A stretch of DNA of 64,000 bases from Gemmatimonas sp. GTDB taxonomy: Bacteria > Gemmatimonadota > Gemmatimonadetes > Gemmatimonadales > Gemmatimonadaceae. The notes beneath the pieces are model-generated. The model made no database searches and was not told the origin of the DNA. It saw nothing but the letters and a program-made list of their open reading frames with translations. Every line of letters starts with the position of its first letter. Within the stretch, counting starts at the first letter, position 1. The stretch is from the NCBI GenBank assembly GCA_965279375.1, contig OZ257156.1:4864001-4928000 (forward strand). The letters are read 5' to 3'. Shown in pieces: positions 27,651 through 36,652 of this stretch. The position numbers were made by a program, and so were the translations under genes.

Positions 27651-29495
27651 CTACGCAGACGTTTCACGGATGACCTGATCGAGCGTGGTCAGTCCCTTGA
27701 GCACCTTGAGCCAGCCGTCCATGCGCAGCGACAGCATCCCCTCGGAGATGGCGGTATCGCGCAGCACTTGCACGTCGACATTCTGCATGACGCACTTCTT
27801 GATGGTCTGCGTCATGAACATCACTTCGTAGACACCCTGACGACCCTTGAGACCGGTGCCCGCGCACGCGTCGCAGCCGGTGCCCTTGAAGAACGGCAGC
27901 TCGCCGATGCGCGTATCGAGGCTGAGGTTGGTCAGAAACGGTGCGGCTTCAGCGGTGGCGCCCTTGCGTGCGTCGTTCAGCGCTTCGTCGGTGAAGCGCA
28001 GCTCGCGCATGGTGGTATTCGCCGTCACCTTCGCGCCCGCCAGTTCGGCCACGTCCGGCGTGTATTTGCGCTTGCACCGTGGGCAAATGCGTCGCACGAG
28101 ACGCTGCGCCAGGATCAGATTGAGCGCCGACGCGACGTTGAACGGCTCGAGGCCCATGTCCAGCAGTCGCGTGATCGTTTCCGGCGCCGAGTTGGTGTGC
28201 AGCGTGCTCATGACCATGTGACCCGTGAGCGCGGCCTTGATGGCGATGCCGCCCGTCTCCAGATCTCGAATTTCGCCGACCATGATGACGTTCGGATCCT
28301 GTCGCAGGAACGCCTTCAGTGCCGCGGCGAACGTCATGCCGATGTCGGTGCGCACTTGCACCTGATTGATGCCGTAGAGGTTGTACTCGACGGGATCTTC
28401 GGCGGTCATGATGTTCGTATCGCCGGTGTTGATCTTCGACAGCGCCGAATACAGCGTCGTCGTCTTGCCGGAACCGGTCGGTCCCGTCACCAGCACCATG
28501 CCGTACGGGTTGGAAATCGCTTCCATCAGCTCGCGTTCGGCGCGCGGCTCGATACCGAACTTCTCGAGATCGAGCGTCAGGTTGCCCTTGTCGAGGATTC
28601 GAAGCACGACCTTTTCGCCGAACAGCGTGGGGAGCACGCTCACGCGGAAGTCGATGACCTTCTTGCCGACCTTGAGCTTGATGCGCCCGTCCTGCGGCAC
28701 GCGACGCTCGGCGATGTTCAGCGACGCCATGATCTTGAAACGGGAGATCAGCGCCGCACGCATCTTGAGGGGCGGCTTCATCACTTCCTGCAGCGCACCG
28801 TCGATACGGTAGCGCACGCGCAGATCGTGCTCGAAGCACTCGAAGTGAATGTCGGACGCGCCTTTATGCACAGCGTCCACGAGAATGGCGTTGATCAGCT
28901 TGACGACGGGCGCTTCGTCGACCTGCGCGGCGAGGACACTCGCATCCTGCGCGTCATCCTGCGACTCGATGACCTCCACATCGTCTTCTTCGGCCGCGGC
29001 GATGTCCTGCAGCAGCGACTGCATGTGGATCTCATTCGCTTCGTAGTGCTTCTCGATCGCCGCGCGCATCGAGTACTCACCGGCGAGCACCGGGATGATG
29101 TCGTAGCGCGTGATGAACTTGAGATCTTCGACGACACCCATCACCGTCGGGTCGGCGATGGCGACCGTCAGCTGCCGGCCCTCGCGCTTGAGCGGCAGCA
29201 CGGTGTGCTTCGACGCCAGCTCGGCCGGAATCAGCTTCAGCAGGCGCGTATCGACTTCGAATCGGGCAAGATCGACGGCCGGCATGCGATACTGGCGGGC
29301 CAGCATACGCACGACTTCAGTCTCCGGCACCAGTCCCATCTTCACGACGGTCAGCCCAAGTCGCTGCCCAGGATGCTGGGTCTGCTCTGCAAGAGCTTTC
29401 GCGAGGTTGTCCTTGGTGAGTAATCCCTCGCGTACGAGCAGATCACCCAACCGTTCTGTTGGACGTGCCGGGCTTGAAGTCGCGGGAGCTGCCAT
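27651..29495 (-). CDS. pilB: Type IV pilus assembly ATPase PilB with an MshEN N-terminus
   Basis: RLGDLLVREGLL, ASDIH, PQDGR, GPTGSGKT, LRQDP, CPRC...CDAC Zn site. Confidence 0.95.
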   Translation of the reverse strand: MAAPATSSPARPTERLGDLLVREGLLTKDNLAKALAEQTQHPGQRLGLTVVKMGLVPETEVVRMLARQYRMPAVDLARFEVDTRLLKLIPAELASKHTVLPLKREGRQLTVAIADPTVMGVVEDLKFITRYDIIPVLAGEYSMRAAIEKHYEANEIHMQSLLQDIAAAEEDDVEVIESQDDAQDASVLAAQVDEAPVVKLINAILVDAVHKGASDIHFECFEHDLRVRYRIDGALQEVMKPPLKMRAALISRFKIMASLNIAERRVPQDGRIKLKVGKKVIDFRVSVLPTLFGEKVVLRILDKGNLTLDLEKFGIEPRAERELMEAISNPYGMVLVTGPTGSGKTTTLYSALSKINTGDTNIMTAEDPVEYNLYGINQVQVRTDIGMTFAAALKAFLRQDPNVIMVGEIRDLETGGIAIKAALTGHMVMSTLHTNSAPETITRLLDMGLEPFNVASALNLILAQRLVRRICPRCKRKYTPDVAELAGAKVTANTTMRELRFTDEALNDARKGATAEAAPFLTNLSLDTRIGELPFFKGTGCDACAGTGLKGRQGVYEVMFMTQTIKKCVMQNVDVQVLRDTAISEGMLSLRMDGWLKVLKGLTTLDQVIRETSA

Positions 29496-29560
29496 GGTAC
29501 TCAGTGACGGTCGAGAGCGGGCGAGAGAGGGTAGAGACGCCGACCGCTCGCCTCACTTTG

Positions 29561-30112
29561 TTATGGACGGGACCCACTGGAAAACGTCACCAGTGGGGCG
29601 ATGAGCGCCGCGGTTGTAACGCCGATGCCGGGAACGTGACGGAGCGCGTCGATATCTTCGAATGGGCCGTGCCGTACGCGCCACGTGACGATGCGCTTTG
29701 CGAGCGCTGGACCGATGCGTGGCAACTGCTCGAGCTCAGACGCGGATGCGCTGTTGATCTCCAGCGGCTGGGCGGACGAGGGCCCTGAAATCGCTGGAGT
29801 CGTCGGCGCTCGACGTCGGGCTCCGCGAGAAGGTGTCGGCGGGCGAGGCGATTCTCTTGAGGCCCCAGCACGATCCCGGCGACGGCTCCGCCGGCCCGAC
29901 CGATCGCTTCCTGCTTCTCGGGCCGAATCCACCGCAGCCAGCTGCGCCGCGAGGGCTCGCTCCGCAGGCGATCCCGACTCAGCGGCGCTGGTTCCAGTGG
30001 CCCGCTCGAGCTCCGCGTTAAGCCGACGCGCCGACTGCCAGCGCGCCGCGCCGCCCAGACAGGCGACGACAGCGAGGAAGCTCAGGGCACGACGTTCGGC
30101 GGCGGTGGGCAT
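29561..30112 (-). CDS. comEA: ComEA-family helix-hairpin-helix DNA-binding protein
   Basis: N-terminal TM, INSASASELEQLPRIGPALAKRIV...VPGIG. Confidence 0.85.
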   Translation of the reverse strand: MPTAAERRALSFLAVVACLGGAARWQSARRLNAELERATGTSAAESGSPAERALAAQLAAVDSAREAGSDRSGRRSRRRDRAGASRESPRPPTPSRGARRRAPTTPAISGPSSAQPLEINSASASELEQLPRIGPALAKRIVTWRVRHGPFEDIDALRHVPGIGVTTAALIAPLVTFSSGSRP

Positions 30113-30231
30113 GCGCGCAGGGTAGCCGAACGCATAGACGCCCCCGCCATCAGTTGCACGCCCCCACGCTCATTACCACGCAAGCGGCCAAGCACTCGCC
30201 GCCCGCAGCCCGCAGCCCGTAACCGGAAACT

Positions 30232-33200
30232 CTACCGCAACTCTCCGGCAAAGAACCGCAGCTGCATCGTCGCACTCAGCACCGTGTTGGAAATCCGTCG
30301 GTTGAGCGTGCGATCGAACGAGAGCACGTGGGATCCGGTCAGGCTGAACGTGACCAGCTCGGACACGTCGGTCGCCGCGTTGAGATTGAACGCCTGTCGC
30401 CCGTTGTTGGTCAGCACCGAGCTGATACCTGTGGAGGTGCCCGTCTCCGCGCCGCCCAGCGTGCTTGAGGCTATGGCTCCGATCACACCACCCACGACGG
30501 TCTTCGTTTCCTCGGACTGATACGACAGCTGCGTGCGCAGGTTGCTGCGTGTGTTCCAGCGCTTGGGCAGCTTGAAGCTGCGCGAGACATCGAAACTCAT
30601 CTGGCGAGTATCGAGGGCGGTCAGCGATCCCGGGCGCGAGTCCTCACGCTTGATGCGGTTGAACGAGCCGTTGGTGGTGACGCCACCGAAGAACGCCCAG
30701 CTCAACGTACCGGACAGCGGCCGACTCTTTGCCAGCGTTCGACTGCGATCGAAGAGCGCGCCGGTCTCGTTGGGGATACTGGTCTGCTGCTCCGTCACGA
30801 GGTAGCGGCCGTTGACCGACACCAGGTTGAGCACCTTCGCCAGCGACTTGGGTCGCCAGCTCCAACGCAGCGTGTAGTCTGGGTGCACGCGCTGCTCGCT
30901 AGTGATGAGTGCCTGGAATCCGTCGAGCGAACGACGCAGCCACGTTTCGGTGGTGCCGCGTTCAAAGCGCGAACCGAACGTGAGACCAAGCGGCAGGTTC
31001 ACGGAGCCGAGTGCGGTGAACTGCTTGACGCGTCCAGCGGCCGTCGCGAGTCGCGAATTCACGCCACGGAAATCCGTTACTCCGCCCAATCCGAACTGAT
31101 AGCCAACGCCCGGCATGAAGACGGTGTTGTCGTAGTTCGAATTGAGACTTTGCGACCAACGCAATTCGATCGGCGCGAAGAAGCGGCCCAACCAGCGCGT
31201 CCGCGACTTCTCGGTCGTGCGATCGAGCACGAATCGGCCAAGATCCACCGTCGTGCCGGCGCGCCAAGTCTGTGCCGCACCAAGTCGCTTGGGCAAGCGG
31301 AAGGCGCTCGTCGAGTCGCCTTCGCGCAACAGCGCGCGCGCGTTGGGATCCTTGTTCAAGTCAAAGCGCGACGTGAAGTCGAGTACGGGTCGCAGCCAGG
31401 GCGCCACGTTGGGTGCGAAGCCAACAGCCGACGTCAGCGAGCGCTCGCGCTCCAGTCCAAAGTTCGCTCCGACAAAGCGAATGCGCTCTGCTTCCGCGGC
31501 CTCGCGCCGAGCAATGCTGTCCGGCAACGTCGTCGCATCGCGATAGTCGCGCAGATCGAGGAGCTGGCGCGCGTCCAAGCTCGCGGTGAGCGACGGCACG
31601 GGCTGGAACTCCATGCGTGCACTGTTCTGCCAGTAGTGCGTCAGGCCGTACACCACCCGTCCTGTATCTGTCACCGAGGCCGCTGCCTTGGTGAACGACG
31701 TGAACGAGTTGGTGTTGCGCGCCAGCGAACTGGTGAGCCTGAACTGCGTGGGCGACCAGCGATACTTCTGCGTGAGCAGACCACGCACGACCCCGCTCTG
31801 CTGCCATGATTGCGGCAGCGCGCCCAGCATCCGGCCAAGGAAAGACGGTAGCGCCCCTTCTCGCTGGTCGTTGGCGAGGTTGAGCGTCGCGCCAAACACG
31901 TAGTTGCTGCTCTTGGCCGACTGAAACGCACTTTGCGACGTGCCGTTGGACCACGAGCCGTTGAGCGCGAGTCCGTTGACCACGGGCGCGTACCACCCGT
32001 TGGTAAGCGGCGTGGCTCTTCGCAGCGCCATCGCATAGTTCACACGCCGATCGCTCGGATTACGGATACCGTTTAAACCGCTGGCCCGCACGTCCGACTG
32101 ATTGATGAACAGCTGATCGACGCCGGAGCCCGCGTAGTCCATCGAGAACGGCAACACGATGCCCAGCTTGGCCGGCAGCATCCGCTCGAGATGCACGGTG
32201 CTGCCCACGCTCACACCGCTCGACGTCAGGAACGTTGGCGTCTCGCCGAGCTGTCGGAAGTTGGGATCACGACGACTGAGGTTCAGGCGGAAATCCGCGA
32301 GGTCGCCCGCGTTGGCCGACAAGCCGATTTCTCCGGCAAAACCGATGTCGTCCACCACGTCGGTCAGGCGAATGTCGTTGACCCAGAGCTCCAGCGTGTC
32401 ATTGGGGAGCAGCGCAGTGCCACCACGCGGCACGCTGTCCACGCGAATGATGCCCACCGCCATTTCCTGCACACCGGCGAGGTTGGGCGGCGTCACGCTG
32501 GGGTCCGCGCTGTAGACGATGTAGCCATCCTGACAGACGGCGTATCGACGCACAGTCACGCCGCGCGGCAATCCGGAGCGACGCAGCATCTCGAGATCGG
32601 CGCCGGTACACGCGAGCGAATCCTTGGACGCCGTGAGGAAATTGTTCTCCAGCTGCGCGCGCAAGAACTGGAACTTGGTCAGATCCACCCGCACTTCGGG
32701 ATTCCACGCCGACTGCGTCGGACCTGCATCTACCGCGGTGCGATACATGTAGAAGTTGTTCTCGTCACGCCCAAGCTTCACGAAACCATTCAGCTCCCCG
32801 GCCTGCCCCCACCCGTTCCCTCGGCCACGCATCCACAACCGCAGCGTCTTGTAGCCCATGAACGTCTTGGTGCCCTCGGCGAAGCGGAAGAACGCCTCCG
32901 CTCGATCGAACGGCCGCAGCGTCTGCCCCACCACACCGGTCTGCAGGCGCAACGCATGCTCATTCACCTGCTGCGTCACGTTGGAGTAGCCGGACTGTTT
33001 GTTCTCCGGCGCCTCGATCACGCCGGGCGGAGCGGTATACGGCAAGACTCCCGTGGAATCGAGCGTCCCGATCACCGACGCAATCACATAGCCAGCGGAC
33101 AAACCCAGCGAATCGCCCGCCGCACCAGAGATCGGACGATCGGCGCGCTTGAGCCACGGCGCACCAATGAGGCGCAGACGAGCGAGAGCGATGCGCGTGA

Positions 33201-36200
33201 ACTCATCATCGCCCGCCTGCGCCGACGACACCATCGTCAGGCGCATCGCACGCATGCGACGATCACTCGGCGCGTTCTGCTCTTCCAGCGGCGCTCGCCA
33301 GTTGAGGCGCACCTGCACCCAGCAGAGCGAGTCTGACGCCGCCGCGCCTGCGGTGGAATCCGCATAGCAGCGGCCGGTGCGAGTCCACGTTCGCCGATCG
33401 CTCAGGTCCACAGCGAAGCGCTTGAACTGCTCCTGATCGACCTGCGCGTCGGTCAGGTTTAACCGTCCGTCGAGATCGATGTCCTCTTCGTCCAGGCGGT
33501 TGTTTCGCACGCCGCAGTTGGCGCGACTGTCGCCCAACAGCTGCGTGGTACGTGTGGACGACGAACACAGCGTCACCTTGTACTGCGTGCTCACACTCGG
33601 CGCGCCCGACGTACGGTCTACCACTACGAGCGTATCGGCGACATCGCCCGGTCGGCCGAGGTCGTTGACGACAGCGTTGAAGGCACGAGAGAACGGGTCG
33701 CGTTCGGAGTCGTAGCGATCGAAGCCGACGAGCCGCTTGCCGCGATACGTCGAGTCGGGTGCAGCGCCGGCGCGCGCGCTCGGTGCGACCGTGAGTGTTT
33801 CCGGCGCGAACGCCACCGCGTTTTCGCTCAGCTCACCGAAGTCGAAGATCAGCGTGGGGTTTTTTTGCGTACGATTGGCGCCAGTTTTGACAAGCGCGAA
33901 GAACTCCAGGTTCTCGATGCGCGAGAGGTCGGCGCCGGTTGGGTTGAGCACTGTGCGCATGGAACGCCAGCGACGCCCTGACGGAGTGCTTCCCACGAGC
34001 GTGTTGTTGCCGACGGTCCACGCGTAGCGACGCTTGCCCGTGGCGGGATCGATATCGAACACGCCACCGGCCTTGAGCGGATAGAGCTGCATCCAGAGCA
34101 ACTGCTCGAACGGCTGCACGCCATTGCCGATGAAGCGCACCGAGGGATCGATCTGGTCGATGCTGTAGCGCGTGACTGCACCGCTCGTGTCGATGCCGTT
34201 GTTCTGGAATGCGAGCGTGGTGGCGCGATTGAGAGCCAGCGTCGTGCCACCAATGAGCGAACCCAAGCGCGTACCGAGCGACGGTCGAGAGCTGAACTGC
34301 CACGCCGCCTCGCCGAGCGGGATGTCGCGACCGGCGTCTCCCTCGAACGATTCGAGATAGGCCTGCCCAGCGGAATTGGGCTGTGGCTTGCTCATCGCGA
34401 ACTCGCCCTGCATGGCGATGCGCGACGTGCTGGCGCCAGTGTTGAATGGGAGCTTCTTGAGCGCACTGGTGAGTGCCGTCGCGTCCCACGCCATGTTGGC
34501 CGTCACGCCGGCCACGAGGGAGCCAATGGGCTCGAAACCAAGCTGCGGGCGATTGAGCAGCGAACGCTGTTGCTGCGAGATCGCGGTAAAGGAGAGCTGG
34601 CCGTTCTCGAGCGGAAACTGCGTAGCGAGACCGAGGATCGTGGTGGGTGCCGCGCCGAAGGTGGGGTTCTGTTCGTAGCGAACGTTCACCTGTCGTGGAC
34701 GCGGAAAGAGCGTGTCCGGCCGATTGAAGGTGATGCTGCCCAGATCGTAGCTGACCGTGTAGTCGATGTCGCGCTCGAGCAGTCGCCCGTCGATGGTGAC
34801 GCGCTCGGAGTTGGGGCGCAGCTGAATGGCATCGAGCTTGATCGTGCCGACATCAGCGCCACCGTCGGACTGATAGCGCGCAATCATGCGGTAGATCGTC
34901 TGTGGGCGCTGCGACGAGTACAGATACTCGTTGGGATAGCGATACAGCGTGTCGTTGGCGGGGTTGGCCAGCGGCTGCGCGAGGCCGGCGCGCGCGAACG
35001 GCTGCACCGACGGAAAGAAGATGAAGTAGTCGCGAAAGAGCTTCTGCTGGCCGCCGCTCGATGCGGAGATGTTCGGATCGTTGGGGCGCGGCCAGACGCG
35101 ATTGTCCACGTCGAACGCCGAGGCATTGGTGGCCTGCGACAGTCCGAAGAGACGCAGATATGTCTCACCGCGCGAGGAGTCGAACGGCTTCTCCTGATCG
35201 CCCGAGATGCCGGTAACGAGCTTGAGCGAGACCGATTGGCGCTGCACGTCCTCGCCGCCTAACCGATAGGCCGACTTGATCTCGCGAAAAAAGTACTCGG
35301 TGTTGCTCGGCTGCAGCTCTGGCTCCCACAGGAGATTGGCGAACTGCGGCGCCGTGGTGAACTCGACGTCGGGCGTGCCGCCGGTGTTCACGTTCCGGCC
35401 GGGCGTCCCGTTCTCGGTGACTTCGTACGCGATGGCCAGCCGCTCGGCGTTGGGCGTGAGCGGTCGCACCAGCGCGATCCAGAGCTGCGAGGGATCGACG
35501 TAATAGTCGATGTTCTCGCGCAGCAGCTCGTAGATCTGTCGCGACTGATTGCGCGCACCGCGCACCGAGAACTGCGGACCACGCGGGTTCTGGTTGGCTG
35601 CGCCGATCTGTTGGCGATAGATGTAGACGCGCGTCGGTCGCACCGAGTCGGGGAGAGCCGCGGCCAGTCCCTGCATCTGCTGCCGGTTGAGCAGGTCGAT
35701 GTTGGGGAAACCGCTGAAGCGGCGCGGGTCCACCGTGAAGAAGAAACGCCCCGTTTCGATCTGGATGTCGTCGATCGGGCGCGTGACTGTTTGCTGCGAG
35801 CGATCGCCCACCGTGAACACATTGTCACGCGAGACGTTGCCTTTCTGCTGCGCGAAGATCGTGCTGAAGCGCATCGCGCCCAGTTTGCCCGTGGCCTGCA
35901 CGCCGTAGTTGCCCGACGGGATGCCGGCCGTGAGGTAGCGCGACTGCGGCGGCTGAAAGGTGACGTTTCCCACTTCCAGCCGTTGCAGCCATTCGTTGGG
36001 CTTGCCCTGGTAGTAGACCGAAATGTTGTTGGAGCCGTCGAACTCACGCTGCGAGTCGTAGTCGACGCCCACGTTCACGCGCTCCGCCACCACGCCGCCC
36101 GAGCGGAGCTGGAACTGGAAGTCGAAGGCGGGGGGCTGGAAGGCGCCGAAGCAGTTGCTGCCGATGACCGTGATCTGGGCCGCGGTGCACCGCTCGTTCC

Positions 36201-36513
36201 GGCTACGCTGGAGCTTGGACTCCAGTCGTGCGTTCAGTTCGATGCCCAGGCCGCTCAGGTCTCGCAGGAGATCCTTCGCCGCGGGGGGCGTGTCCACCGG
36301 GATGAGCCGCGAGCGGGAGGCCGGCCGAGACGGACTGGGTCGGGGGGTCGTCCGGAGTGCGAACGGACTGGTGAAGAGCCAGCCGCCCGACGGCAGCCCC
36401 AGTCCCGAGGCCCTGGGAGCGGGAGCCACCTGCTGTGCCTCTGTCTTCGTGGCCACCAGGAGACCCAGGCCCGCGAACAAGGCGGGGATCCCACGGCGCA
36501 GCAGACGACGCAC
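30232..36513 (-). CDS. sprA: SprA/Sov-like very large outer-membrane beta-barrel protein (~2100 aa)
   Basis: VDYDSQREFD, LEVGNV, ERVTIDG..L.RDIDYTVSYDLG, AYLESFEG, LDEEDIDLDG, ELWVNDIRL, long amphipathic strand-rich C-terminus. GTG start chosen at a signal-like segment. Confidence 0.8.
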   Translation of the reverse strand: MRRLLRRGIPALFAGLGLLVATKTEAQQVAPAPRASGLGLPSGGWLFTSPFALRTTPRPSPSRPASRSRLIPVDTPPAAKDLLRDLSGLGIELNARLESKLQRSRNERCTAAQITVIGSNCFGAFQPPAFDFQFQLRSGGVVAERVNVGVDYDSQREFDGSNNISVYYQGKPNEWLQRLEVGNVTFQPPQSRYLTAGIPSGNYGVQATGKLGAMRFSTIFAQQKGNVSRDNVFTVGDRSQQTVTRPIDDIQIETGRFFFTVDPRRFSGFPNIDLLNRQQMQGLAAALPDSVRPTRVYIYRQQIGAANQNPRGPQFSVRGARNQSRQIYELLRENIDYYVDPSQLWIALVRPLTPNAERLAIAYEVTENGTPGRNVNTGGTPDVEFTTAPQFANLLWEPELQPSNTEYFFREIKSAYRLGGEDVQRQSVSLKLVTGISGDQEKPFDSSRGETYLRLFGLSQATNASAFDVDNRVWPRPNDPNISASSGGQQKLFRDYFIFFPSVQPFARAGLAQPLANPANDTLYRYPNEYLYSSQRPQTIYRMIARYQSDGGADVGTIKLDAIQLRPNSERVTIDGRLLERDIDYTVSYDLGSITFNRPDTLFPRPRQVNVRYEQNPTFGAAPTTILGLATQFPLENGQLSFTAISQQQRSLLNRPQLGFEPIGSLVAGVTANMAWDATALTSALKKLPFNTGASTSRIAMQGEFAMSKPQPNSAGQAYLESFEGDAGRDIPLGEAAWQFSSRPSLGTRLGSLIGGTTLALNRATTLAFQNNGIDTSGAVTRYSIDQIDPSVRFIGNGVQPFEQLLWMQLYPLKAGGVFDIDPATGKRRYAWTVGNNTLVGSTPSGRRWRSMRTVLNPTGADLSRIENLEFFALVKTGANRTQKNPTLIFDFGELSENAVAFAPETLTVAPSARAGAAPDSTYRGKRLVGFDRYDSERDPFSRAFNAVVNDLGRPGDVADTLVVVDRTSGAPSVSTQYKVTLCSSSTRTTQLLGDSRANCGVRNNRLDEEDIDLDGRLNLTDAQVDQEQFKRFAVDLSDRRTWTRTGRCYADSTAGAAASDSLCWVQVRLNWRAPLEEQNAPSDRRMRAMRLTMVSSAQAGDDEFTRIALARLRLIGAPWLKRADRPISGAAGDSLGLSAGYVIASVIGTLDSTGVLPYTAPPGVIEAPENKQSGYSNVTQQVNEHALRLQTGVVGQTLRPFDRAEAFFRFAEGTKTFMGYKTLRLWMRGRGNGWGQAGELNGFVKLGRDENNFYMYRTAVDAGPTQSAWNPEVRVDLTKFQFLRAQLENNFLTASKDSLACTGADLEMLRRSGLPRGVTVRRYAVCQDGYIVYSADPSVTPPNLAGVQEMAVGIIRVDSVPRGGTALLPNDTLELWVNDIRLTDVVDDIGFAGEIGLSANAGDLADFRLNLSRRDPNFRQLGETPTFLTSSGVSVGSTVHLERMLPAKLGIVLPFSMDYAGSGVDQLFINQSDVRASGLNGIRNPSDRRVNYAMALRRATPLTNGWYAPVVNGLALNGSWSNGTSQSAFQSAKSSNYVFGATLNLANDQREGALPSFLGRMLGALPQSWQQSGVVRGLLTQKYRWSPTQFRLTSSLARNTNSFTSFTKAAASVTDTGRVVYGLTHYWQNSARMEFQPVPSLTASLDARQLLDLRDYRDATTLPDSIARREAAEAERIRFVGANFGLERERSLTSAVGFAPNVAPWLRPVLDFTSRFDLNKDPNARALLREGDSTSAFRLPKRLGAAQTWRAGTTVDLGRFVLDRTTEKSRTRWLGRFFAPIELRWSQSLNSNYDNTVFMPGVGYQFGLGGVTDFRGVNSRLATAAGRVKQFTALGSVNLPLGLTFGSRFERGTTETWLRRSLDGFQALITSEQRVHPDYTLRWSWRPKSLAKVLNLVSVNGRYLVTEQQTSIPNETGALFDRSRTLAKSRPLSGTLSWAFFGGVTTNGSFNRIKREDSRPGSLTALDTRQMSFDVSRSFKLPKRWNTRSNLRTQLSYQSEETKTVVGGVIGAIASSTLGGAETGTSTGISSVLTNNGRQAFNLNAATDVSELVTFSLTGSHVLSFDRTLNRRISNTVLSATMQLRFFAGELR

Positions 36514-36652
36514 CGAACTCCGGTAGTGGGGTACGAGCGGCGCGTTCAGCCGCGTCGTCACAGTGGCGGTCAGGGGGCGCAAACTGGCAACAACAGCGGA
36601 CTTATGTCGCTGCGCCCTTGATAATGCAGGTAGTCACAGGGGAATTTACGTC

